This document shows positions 45,401-58,157 of a DNA stretch of 64,000 nt, piece by piece (the stretch's first letter is position 1; each line of letters opens with the position of its first letter). Made by a program: the position numbers and the translations under genes. The notes beneath the pieces were generated by a model that saw only the letters and a program-made list of their open reading frames with translations, did no database searches and was not told where the DNA came from. Source of the DNA: Tubiluchus corallicola (Eukaryota; Animalia; Priapulida); assembly GCA_030141605.1 (NCBI GenBank), contig JAQGDQ010000125.1, positions 1-64,000 of the forward strand, written 5' to 3'.

Positions 45401-48400
45401 ATGTGTATGAATTTATAGTAGATAAAATGGTGCAATATTTCTTCATTGAAATATATAAATATATTAGATAAATTTATATAGTAACTACGATGTATCATAT
45501 ATAAATATATACATATTATATATATGTATATACGATACATGGTAGTTATGTATATATATCTCTTGAGCCAAATAAAATGTCTTAACTCCTAGTTAATTTA
45601 ATCAAGTGACCAAAGTTGTGTCAACAAGACTGCATCCTTAGATGCACATATCCACGCTCATTGCCCTTATACGAGATTCTACAAACAAAAATTTATTTTG
45701 ACTTTTTCATCTTGCGACCTTGACCTTTCACTGAAAAGCTTTCTGGTCTTTCCCAAATCTATCCCTATGCTATGTTTTGATTATTGCTTCACTCGTTTTG
45801 ATTTTATTGTGCAGAGAGACACACAAACAAACATACAGACGCAACTAAATGTTCCACCCATCCAGTACAAGTATCATGGTGTATACAGCACCTTGTGTTC
45901 GCTAGATACACCGAGCTCTTCACCAAGATTTCTCAACTTATTTTTTCTGTCATTTAATAGGCTATTTGCGCACGTTAACATGCATAATCAGAGGGCTAGA
46001 TAACTGTGGGAACACTGTCATACGGGCGTCAGGAAAAAATCAGCTTCCCACTTTGACACAAAACAGAATTATTTGTCAGTACTCGCGACTCAAACTGCAT
46101 GACTGTTTGACCTTTTCCAAGCTTGACAAATATGTATTGGCAGCCATTCTGTTATTGTACTGGCTGTAGAAAATCAATTGCCGCTGACTGGCTGAGTAGA
46201 GTAGCTCGGTTAGCGAGCCTTAAAAACTTCCTTCAAGCTAATAATAAAAGATGTCAATTCCGCGGGTTGGGAGAGATGCTTGTGAAGAATTTTAGTTTAC
46301 AGGCGTTACAGGGCCCATAACTTTAGTTATTATACTGACGCGATAACAGGCGAAAACTCTAAATTCATTAATATCGGTTCCTTGATACGAAATGACTCGG
46401 AAGAAAATCAAAAATAAAAGACATTAGAAGACATAATTAGTCGCAAACTGATTTGTTTTAAATGATCTTTACGTCTGAATAGGCTGACAGTCTGCATACC
46501 GTACGCCGGTAGCTTAAACAGTTTTTATGAAGGTTAATGTCAATTCGTAATTGCTGTAAAGCTTGAAAAGCCTTCCCACAAGAACAACTTGATATTCAGT
46601 CTCTCATTTCGTGAAATATTCTCTTTTACTACTTTGATCACTTGTGATGGCCATAAAGCCGTAATATGCAAGCTAAACTTGCAGTCAACCTTCCACCACA
46701 ATGAAAATATCGCTGGTGAACTGTTCAAACACTGCCCTCACACATTTTCTTCCGTAAAAATAGTTTTAATAATGGCTTATTTTGTACTGTATTGCCTTTT
46801 TTCTGAAATAAAAATATCTTATATTTTACCCTCTGTTTTAATTTCGCATTACACTACGCATGATTTCTCTTAACAGGGTTCTAAGTGAATGAAGTATTAG
46901 CAAAGTGATTTTATTAAAACACCTAAATTGTTTTTCAGTACAATTTTCACTAAGGTTCTGATCCTGACTAAGATGTACAGAGGAAGTAAAAGAGTTCACA
47001 TGCAGCTTAGTGTAGAATAGGGACCAATTGAGCAGTGCTTGCTTTAATGTAGTTAAGTACTCTGATCGATCGTACATATAGATGGAAGAGTACTTTTAAG
47101 TCATAAAAGGTACTCCTATCAATTTGTAGAAGACTGGTTCTGCTATTCACTGAATTAGTTTGGTTATTAAAGAATATAAGTGTCTTGGAATGCTTACATT
47201 TATATGTAAAAAGAGGTATGTAAAATGTCTTTCCCTTTTTATAAAAAAATGTGTAAATATATTTGTAGAAATCTCACAGAATTACAGTTTGTAAACCAAG
47301 AGTTTTAGTAAGTAATCAAAGAAAGTTGATTAAGACCGTGTTTTTAAGACTTGACTGCTAAGTTTTGTTAATGAATTAACAGGCGTAAGTTCATTATATA
47401 TACTGTGCTTGGAATCTTTGTTCTACAAATACAGCTGCGCGTATATGCAAATATGGTAAGATATTTCATCGTGTCTCAACTACTGAGTTCAGAACAAATT
47501 TCCGATGTGATACTATATGTAAAGAAATGTTGATGTACGTTTTCTCATACAGCGTCAATGTTTTCATTTTCTAAATTGCGTTTATCTATTTTAGGTTAAT
47601 GCAATTTAAACAATCAGCTGATTATTTTTATTACTATGTGGTCTGTCTAATATCCTCCAGTACATGTAAATATGAAAACAGGTAGAAACTTGATGCCTTA
47701 TTAAGCACGCGCAGTATTTAGCTTCTTATACATTTTCACTAAGCTTCTGAATAAATAATGACAAATGTGACTATGAGAAACGATCATATAAAACAGCAAT
47801 GCGGAACTTGACTATAAACTTCCGTTTCTCCAGTTACTTAATACAGATGAGCTACACAAATGAAAAAAATCGTTTTTCATGGCTTACAATAAGAATATTT
47901 GTACAGCGCATAATGCAGCAATAAAACAACATGTACCCAACCGCCAACGTGATATATTGCCCTATGATACATATATACGCTAGGCTTATTATTGGACACT
48001 GGATGAAACCAGTAACCATGTAGCTTTGTGGCAGCTGCATTTCCTCTAGAGCTGCACAAAGTATTGATCGACTGCTGCTGCTGCTGCTGCGCGGATGCTG
48101 AGTGCTGCTGTACCCGCTTCACAGGGATTTTAATTCTGCAAACTGGGTTTATAAATAGAATGCAGGGGAAATTTTCTGAACACACTTGCCATTTCTCCTA
48201 ACCATACCACACTCACTATTTCTTGCTAGTAGCTGAATCCCACTCAGCTACAATACTAAAGCATGAGCTTTTCTAGAATAAATTTCGACAAGTTTCGTTC
48301 ACAAATTTGACACATTGCTGATTGCTGATTTGTCGTGGTGGTAGGTTTAAAAAAACTATTGAAAATATTTTCCTTATTTGAAATTTTTTTTTATTCGGGT

Positions 48401-51400
48401 AATCAGAAAACAGCTGCATGAGTGCCGCGGCATTAAAACGATTGTTGCGTAATCAATACTTTACTCTGCACTTTGCAATACTCGTTTCTCTACCAAAAAA
48501 CAATTTTTCTACTATTGCCAGATTCTGAATCCAAGTTTATTTTTTAACAGCAAATTCTAACTGCCCTTGACAAATAACACACAAGGATAAAGATTTACAG
48601 AGAAATTCTTTATTACTGATTAAGTGCAAAGTGATCCTGAACTCTTGAAAAGTCGACTCCTCGCAAATAAGCAAAATGTTGGATATACAGCAAGTTGCAG
48701 ATACTGCTTGGATGCAGCACTAATGCAATTTATTTTTTGCATAAATATATTTAACATTGAAACCCAAGATGTCTTCAGTAGGCAACCTAAGAACCACAAT
48801 CAACTACCAGTACTGGAGCTGACAGCTAACAAGATAGCGCTGAAATAAGGTTTTGGGGTTCGACTCATTAATATGTAACAAGCTGGGAGCAAAAAGCCAA
48901 AACCCAAATTTGTCTGTCAAAATCTTCATTGAAAAACGACGGGAAGAAACGTCTGCAAGCATCATACATTGATCTCCTCCAAAACAGTGTCCAAACCCAC
49001 GCGGAGATGATACGCCCGGCCTGTCTAATAAGTGTTTTTATACCCTCACTTACTGATACAGCTCGCTGGGCAAAAACAAACACTACGAAGCCACGCTGGT
49101 GTCTAGCATTAACAACACTGAATGTATAACATATAGTTTTTTGTAATTATTAGGTGATAGTATGAAGCAGTGCCTTGTCAGATTTGAAGGTACTAGGCAT
49201 TGTCAATGGGTCTGAAACTGTTAAGCAGTACATACCTTAGGGTATACCCTTTCTTAAAAGTGAGAATCTGCGAGCACAAACAGTCAGATGAGAACTGAAC
49301 CAGATTCCGGTCCCCGATTTAAAGTGCTGAGGAATTTTAGTGCTATTTGTCAAAGAAGATAAAAAATGTTTTCACTGCACTACAGCACTGAAGGAAAAAC
49401 AAAAACAACTTATGCGTGGTTTTTAAACCACATTACATATGAGTTGACTAGAATTTGTTGCACATTCAATAAAAGCAATCTACTACATGCATACTAACTA
49501 GTTTACTACTGCCATGAAGTATGACTGTGCAGTTTGTACAATTTATAATATATGATCAACTCTTAATAATTGTCCCAAATTTTCACTGAAGTAGAGAAGA
49601 ACATGCCTGTTTAGCTAAAGCAGGCACGTCTGGGGGGAGGGGGAGGAGGGTTCTCAACTGGTGGTTACGCAGCCTCAAATGTAGATCTGCTTCTCGCACA
49701 GCGTACGTAACGGTCAGAGAGAATATTAAAGCGTAGTGTAGCAAACATGGTGCTCAATCTACAATCAGATTGCACAGAGACAGCGAAGCATATTCCACGT
49801 TTATGACCTTTACACTTTTTACGTTTTAGAAACAAATTGTAGTCATGTACACAAGTACACATTGCACAGGTCTATTTAACAATACAATGCCAAGCTAATC
49901 TCACATACGACATGGACCAATCTAAACTATTCCAAGTTATTGACAGCTGCTATTACTTTTCTCTTCCAAACATGCAATTATGTATAATTCATGAACGCTG
50001 TCTAAATTTGTTTCTTTTACCTCTGTAGCCTATATATACATGTGTGCCACTTTTGTCATTGTAAATGAGTTAGAAGTTATTATAGCACAGTCATTTCTAT
50101 TTTAAGCTTTACTTAGAGAATAAGTACTTTGAATCGAATTGTACTTAAGTACACTAAAAAAACACCCTGTGTATGGTAAATTGTAATGAGGAAAACAAGG
50201 TTTTACTTGTGCTTGGAAAGACTCACGCAGAATCAGATCCTGCTGCACATGCCCCAGGTGGGTAGACGTAAATACAAAATGGTTCAGTGACTATTCTGAA
50301 TTTCATTTATTAGAATTATTAGTCCCCAAAAATGGAGATAATGAAAATTAGTAACTGTGCTACATACATGTATCTAAAAACAGATCCATGTTATACCTTT
50401 AAAAGAAAAACTGGCTAATTTTTAGATACATTTAGAAAAATGCATGAGAGAAAGTTTACGGTAGGCAGTTGGCAACTTGACAATGGCACCCGTACTTGTA
50501 CGAAAAGGTCGAGTTCGTAGAAAAGAAAATTTTTAGTTTAAGTAATTCGCTCCAACAGTTAAACATCATCCTCGACATCAGACCCAGGATTTCGGCGTGT
50601 ATCTGTATACTAGCTGAGACAACTATTAATTAATATGCTTATTCATGAAATAATGTAATTTATTTTTAGTAAGTTAGTGATTTATGCGCTGCAGATTCTT
50701 TGACTACTTTTTACTGAATTCAAAACTTGTCTCAATTTCCAAACAGACAACCAGATATTGTTAAAAGCCTATGTCCATTATCCAGCCCAGAAGTTATAAT
50801 TTTTAATTCTCTTCAAAACGTGAACTCTGCAGGCAACAGAACTGCCCGTAGACTGTAGACACACGAAATTTCTAGACGAGTTTTTCTCTTTGAGATACGA
50901 AAATGGTCTGATCTTATCTTTAAGTTTCTCACGTATATTTTACAAATTGTAAAAGCGAGCTTAAAAACACCTCGAGAGTTACTTCGCAAAGTTTTGCTTT
51001 GTGTAGAAAAGTGGGTCATGTCCATTCGTGCTGTAACATCCCACAAGCACAGAAATGAAAACACCAAAGTTGATTTAGGTTCGTTCAAATTATGACCACT
51101 TGTGATAACACAAACTACGTGGGCATTTGCAAAAGCCAAGAAACAGAATGCAAGTGCACATGCATATCTGGCCTCTGGGTATGTTATGAAGGTGGTTAGC
51201 ATAATCATGAGTACTGTAGATTAAAACAACACTATATTCATCATTCTTCTAAGAGCAGAATCTTAACACGCTGTTAATAAATTCTTTAATATAATAAAGT
51301 TTAAACAGTTCTTTAAAGTTCAAAATTAAAGCAACGCAACTAAATTTAGAGTCTATCGACACAATTGCTTGGCGTTATGAATGCGCTTCGATATGATAAT

Positions 51401-54400
51401 GCCTTCATCGGGGACCCAAAATTAATCAACATATAACTGGCTATTTAAACAGAATTTTTAGATGAAGAATAATTAATTTCGGGAAACAATAGTTAGGCAT
51501 AAGATTGCTATGATACATTCGTTAAAAAACTAAAACTGTAAACACATTTTCCTAGGCAACACACAGCATATTCTTACTCAAAGTTGACAGTTCATTCTTT
51601 ATACTAGTCCAAAAAGTGAAAAATAAGCACATATAACCGTTGTCAAATACAGGCGTCTTCATTACTTTTAGCCTATAACCAGTGCAGAAGGCAGTAAACT
51701 TCGTGTAGTAATAATTTATGTGTTCAAATGCTGAAGAAGTATCCCAGTGAAAGTTTTTTCTAGGGGGTTTTGTTGAACTGCGCAATGTGCATTACCTAGA
51801 TAAATATGTTTACAACAGTTTTTCAACAAATATATAATGGTATGCCTACCTATAGTTCCGTAAGATCACAATGCAATTATACTTAACGTAAAAAGTGCAA
51901 GAAAAAACATCCTGTCTTCCTTTAATTTTTGATCCCCAATGAAAGTATTATGATGCTGAAACACGTTGGACTTATTAAACAAAGATGTTGATGAACTCTA
52001 AATTACCGTCTTGTGCCAAAGAATTTATGAGATAACTAATTTTCAACTTTCTTAATTTTTACTGCTCAGTTATTTAAATAAAAAACGCCCATCTCTGAAA
52101 TGATTAGACTAGAGTAGCTAATATTATAAATCACGCTGTATATCAATATTAGTCCAGTTAACGTCTACGAACAATTCATGTTTGGCTTCTATGCTTCTAC
52201 TCTTAATATATAAGCAGCTACGAGGCCCCAATTACTGAGGCCCGTAGCGATTGTTTTTCTGGAACATCGCTAACTTTTTTGTGTAGTCGAAGTGGTTGTC
52301 TAAATGATGGAACAGTTTGGAATTGCACATACAGACTGCACTGCAGAGAACTTATTCCTAGTGCTGATTATGTAGAGTTGGTCTGCTGGCTTCATGTGTA
52401 ATCTCATTCGTTACTCTGTAATCACCCCTGCCCACAATTTATTATACATTTTCGTCGAAGATGTGTAAATGAACAGAAAGAGTATAACGTGTCAGCTCGG
52501 CTTGTAAAACCTCTCTGGCCATAATATGCAATGATACTAATCCTAGCTACAGAAGCTTTACTTAACAGTGTGATAAACTTATCTTAGACATCGAGTTCAT
52601 GATGTAAAATAAACAAAACGCACAAAAAAATTGCCATGGCAAAAAAATTTAACCGTTTGTAAAAAAATTCACAATCGCTTACACTCACTATCACACAGTA
52701 GACTTGCTAAAAGTTTAAATATGTTCGAACTTTCAGTTTAGGTCGTTTAAATACAAAGTCGGAGACTGACAAAAAAGTGAAAGTTAAACTGGTGCAATTA
52801 GAAATCCGAAAACGGATAAATAATTGAGCAGATATGAAACAGGTGATTCTAGTAATCTAGTTCTTATCTGTTTCAATGACAACAATGCGGTAATGCATAA
52901 ACTGTCTATGAATGTAAATCTTTCATTTACATTTAAATCTATAAAAACATCTTACCTTTATCAAGTTTACAGCTATACTAGAGCACGGAGATACCACAGT
53001 CTTTAAACATCTATCGTGTACAACGAAATTACATACTGCAAAAAAAAACATCAGTAAGTTATCAAATCACAAACGGTTAAGAAATGAGCTACTATGAATT
53101 AACGATGGTATAAATTTACAATTAATTAAATTTTGATACCAAGACCTGAAAGAGAGGAAGTATGAAAAAGTTGAATTACGCGATCGTATTCGAACTTTTT
53201 TACATATCCTGTCACTCATATTTAATTATGGGTTTGTACCACCAATAATAATAACCTTGACATTAAATTAAATATAATAAGCAACTAATACAAAGAGTTA
53301 AACCTATGAATAAGTTTGTCACAGTGTAATTTTAAATCATTTCGATAATGCTATTCATTCAGATTAAAAAATGTTCCCGACTCTGTCAGTTTAACCACAG
53401 AGTAAGTGTTCTAATTTGAGCTATCAACCCACATGGTTTAAAGAACGTGTGAAGTTATCTATTGAGACATCATGGCCTGCTTTTTGCTCAGTTAATAACA
53501 GGATAGTTTTCTGTGTTTCAGTTTATCTAAGTGCGCGAATATTAATAACGTGCACAGCAAAACAGAGACAACGGGAATTGCTTAATACGAGACTGGCTCG
53601 GCTGACTAAAAGTGAATCTTATTATGTTCCTGCAAACCTAAACGCTTTCAAAAGCGGGCGATTTCTATTACCTTTTAACAGTACATACATGCCTGGGAAG
53701 ATCTAATAGTCATGTACAGCCTACAGTGCTATTTAATCTACGCGTCAGATTACCATCATACAGTGCGCATTTAATAAACACTGATGTTAGCAAGGTGCTA
53801 TACAAGCCTCACGCTAACTGTACTGCTAGTGTTTAGTTAGTATTAAATGCGGGCAATATTTTAACCGTTTCCGTAGCAACGGCGTCTATATGCAGGGACG
53901 ATGAAGCCGCGAGTACAATGTAGTAACGCTCCCACATCCCTGAAGCCAGTCCACAGAGAGGAGCGCAGCTAGCTGAGTGAATGATTTATCGTTTGTTGGT
54001 ACAAAAACCAATAAAATGCTCACAAGTTACAAGTACGAAATTACTTCAAAACTTGAGGCGTTTGTTTTACACGTTAGGTAAACAAAGTAACCGAATAGTC
54101 TTTTCCTTACTGATAAACATTCACTCAGGGTATAACAGACTTCCAAACAAAATATACTAGTAGCCTTCTAAGTGGGCCTACCGCATAATAGTATATGAGT
54201 GCATTCAAAATGCAATAATTGTAGGAAAGAAAAGATAACCTGGATGGGCGACAGGGGACATGAGAGGAGAGATAAACAAGTTAACATAGTGTCACGTCAC
54301 TCTCATATGCAACATTAAAATTATGTTAAATTCTTCTTCTTCGTCCCAGCTTTTCCCTATGCGGGGTCGCCGTTGTGAAAAGTCTTCTCCATGCATTCCT

Positions 54401-57400
54401 GTTGTTGACCATCTCTTCATTTATGTTCTTCTCTCTAAGGTCTCCGTTTATACATTCAAACCATCTCAGCTTGGGTCGTTCTCTTCTTCTATTTCCCAGC
54501 ACTTGCATTTCCATGACCTCCCTTCCCACGTGATTTTCCCCGACTCTTCTTTTCAGGTGCCCATACCAACGCAAAATTATGTTAAATTACAATTATTAAA
54601 AAAAATAAAATTAAATAGCTCGCTCAAAAACTAGGACACTATATATTATCTGCGTGGCAATTAAATAGGCTATTTAACTAAGTATACCTATGTTGTTTGT
54701 GTGAATCTGAAACCTGCAAAGACATGTGCTTAGCGATTAAAGTTAAGCGACTGCTGGCCTGGCTAGTAGATGTATGGGTGATTAACAGGAAAGTCACTTC
54801 TAGGTGGATTCATCTGCTATACTGCCCCTGGCTAACTATCTCATTAAGAAAAGGTGTATATAAATGTGAACTGTGCACAATAACACGCCATTAAGACAAT
54901 TATACCAGTTCAGTAATCAGCATCAAACCTTAGAAGATGTCTTTATAATAAACCAGATTTAAATAAATAACAGTAACAGCTTTTCTTAACCAACTGCGTC
55001 AGTTGAGTGTGACAGACTTCAACAGTATTGAGTAACACGGAAAAAACATTGTCTGAGCCTACCAATTTATGTTTTAGTAGTCACAAAGTGGTGGGTAACA
55101 AGGAGGAAGAATTCACTGAGCCATTTACTTTTTAGTAATCAGAAAATCTTGGGCAACAAGGAGCAAGAATTTTGTGAGCCAGTTATGTTTTAAATTTTTA
55201 GTAACCATAAAGCCTTGCGTAACAAGTCCAAAAGCAACAATTCACCGAACCATTTACGTTTTAATATTCACCGAGTCTTGGGTAACAAGTAGAAATAATT
55301 CACTAAGTCATTTGTGTTTGAATAGTCAAAAAGACTTGTTAAGAGCAAGAATTCATTGAGCTAATCATGGTTTAATAATCACAAAGTTCTGGCAAACTAT
55401 GGTCACCTGTTCGCTTCGCTCACCAATATAATTTTTGCACCATTCCAAGAATGTGGCGCAACTAGTCAGTCCTATCACACATCGTCAATGTTGTTGTTGT
55501 GGCAAATTTGAGAATTAGCACTTTATGTAATCAGATGCGAAAGTTATCATAATATAAGTTATATACCGATCTAAAACCAAAGCTTTACCTCACATTTAAA
55601 ATAACAATAATATAATTACGTTAAAATTTAAACCTAGTTCTACTTTTCCCAAAACCATTTAAGAATGAGTGAGATACTACAACTATATAAATAAATACTG
55701 AGACAGTGTTTACTTTATGTCACTGATAAATTATAAACACTTGATAGAAGAACTAAATTATTGTTACTTAGCATAATTGTTATAGTTACTTAATTATTGT
55801 GAGTAAGGAATGGGTTTCACACTTGCATTCAGAATTACGATTAAAGTGAATAAGAAATTGGGTCCATTCAGAATTATGATTTAATATGAATACGGAAAGG
55901 GGTGCCATTCAGTTCAAGGAGTCCCTCAGTTGGCTTGAAATTCAAAACTTCGTGTAGCATAATAGTTTGTCTGATAATAAAGGTAATAAAAAATGTAAAG
56001 TTAGTTCTGACGCCCTGACTTATATACTCACAAATATTCACAATACATATATACAGGTTCTTTTGTATATATTCTTTCTACCTTTCGAGTGCTTCTTCTA
56101 CATCTTCTGTTGCTCTTCAAGTGCTTCACAAGTTTTACGCCGAGAGCAAAAGAATGGAGAATAGGAGAGGATTATAAACAGCATTAACAAAACACTAGGA
56201 TTTAGATATATGAACACTAAGCAGTCTGAGGACATCAACCTCAGTTACGAAGGAGAGAAAAAGTTATTAGAACTGTGGAGAACCGATAGAAAAGAGACTT
56301 TTTAAGAGAGTTCACAGACACTTAAGACTATGATAGGACTAGGAAGTTGAAAAATTAAACTAGCAGAATATGACAATTGTATGATCATATCAAAATTCCA
56401 ATTGAAGCATTTCACATCAACGCAGTTTTTATACAAGTACATGCACACATACAAACATATATACTTCACTTATATGAAACTCGACATGTACAAAAGAAGG
56501 AAGGATATGAGAGAATGTTAACAGGGTAAGGAATTAGTAATCTTCATGCAAGTAGTAGGAGAAGAATATTATAGCAAAAAATTGTTCAGACGTATAATTA
56601 GCTTGTCTAAGTCCAGCTGACTCTAACACTAAGCTAGGCATTTGAAATTGATACTAAAATGTGAGTGACTTCACAAAATTTTTAACATTACTTAATGATT
56701 GCCTTCTCAATTCCTGCATCCATTCCATCCGAGGTAGAAATGTATGCTACTGCATTATAATCTAACTAACAGTGGTCGTAATGTGGTTTGCCAGATTAAC
56801 GCTTGTAATATGTATATATTAAATAAACAGAAAACAACTGCCAGAAGTCATAATATGAAACATTGCTCAGCATATCTGGCCTATCAGGTTTCCTTTCCCT
56901 GAATGCAACATATAAGAAGGTATATGTTAAAATACTTTTTGTACACTCAACAATGAAGAAAACTTAGATATTGGGGCAAGTGTTGAAGCAAAAATGTCCA
57001 CACAGTGTTTTAATTAATATTTATGTATATTTAATATAACTAATATAAAGAGATCAAATACCCTTGCCTCTAGTAAATGCAAACTAGAAACACTCAGTAT
57101 TAACAATTTTACAGAGAACGGACAAAATATTGATTGCTTTAAAAAGCAAGAAGAAAAAACTTCATTGATAAAGTTATTGGTGTGTTTTCACACCTCGAAA
57201 TCAGAGCTATGCAGACAAGCCAAGTTGTGGAACACTTAATTTTGCGGATCTATACTGCATGTCGATCTGGAAGAGTCGAAAGCCTCCTATTACCGGATCC
57301 AAATTTTTCTGACCAGTTTCAAAACATGCTCAATTAGTTACTCATTAATCACTTTCATGGCTTATAGTCTCATAACTCATAAACAACACAGCCAAGCTAT

Positions 57401-58124
57401 AATTAGCGTTACAAATTACTGAATTATTGATTTTTTATGTCAGTTTCATGTTATGCCATCTTAAGATAGAACACCTAGAAAACAAACTTAATAAATATGT
57501 ACATAAATTAAGATTCATACAGAACTTCTTAATTTGAAAATCCGAATGGTTACTCCTAAATTTTCAAGGAAAGACCAAAGTGCACTCTCCTTTAGACCTG
57601 TCGATTAATCATTAATGGACTTTAGTGTGCCATGCTGAAGCAATAAAATTTCAGCCTGGCGGAGTAAATCCATCTACATCTAAGAGAAATGTTATGGAAC
57701 TCTATAAACAAACTACAAAAAATCCAAAATTGTGCAGCTAGAGTAATTGTGTATGTGTGCAAGTATAAGTACGACCACATGACTCCAACATTGCGGGCCC
57801 TACATTGGCAACCGGTGCAATCCTAGAATCAAATTCAAAATTGCTCTGCTGGCATTTAAATGTTTACATGGTCAAGCCCTGTGCTATTTTGCAGAACGGA
57901 TTACTGTTACTCTCTATCCAGAAACTTAAGATCTGGTAATAAAAATCGACTTGTTATGCCAAGGACACAAACAAAAACATTAGGTATGCGTGCCTTTTCC
58001 CATGCCGCTCTAACTGTTTGGAACAGTCTTTCACTGAATATTAGAGTTTTGTAAAATCTTTGGATGTAAAGCGCAACTGAGTATTTTTATATATTTGGGG
58101 CACTATATAAATTTTATGTATTAC

Positions 58125-58157
<33 letters not shown>

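Noticed and set aside
47877-48185. Minus-strand ORF with a CAG/polyQ run
   Set aside because: No homology to DGK or recognisable domains; the true exon 2 was found at 52956-53035.
55054-55395. CRISPR-like periodicity
   Set aside because: Eukaryotic intron; whole units are homologous with no unique spacers, so it is a minisatellite.
56200-56580. Possible RTE endonuclease remnant ([12 protein letters not shown])
   Set aside because: A single short degenerate motif, too weak to call.
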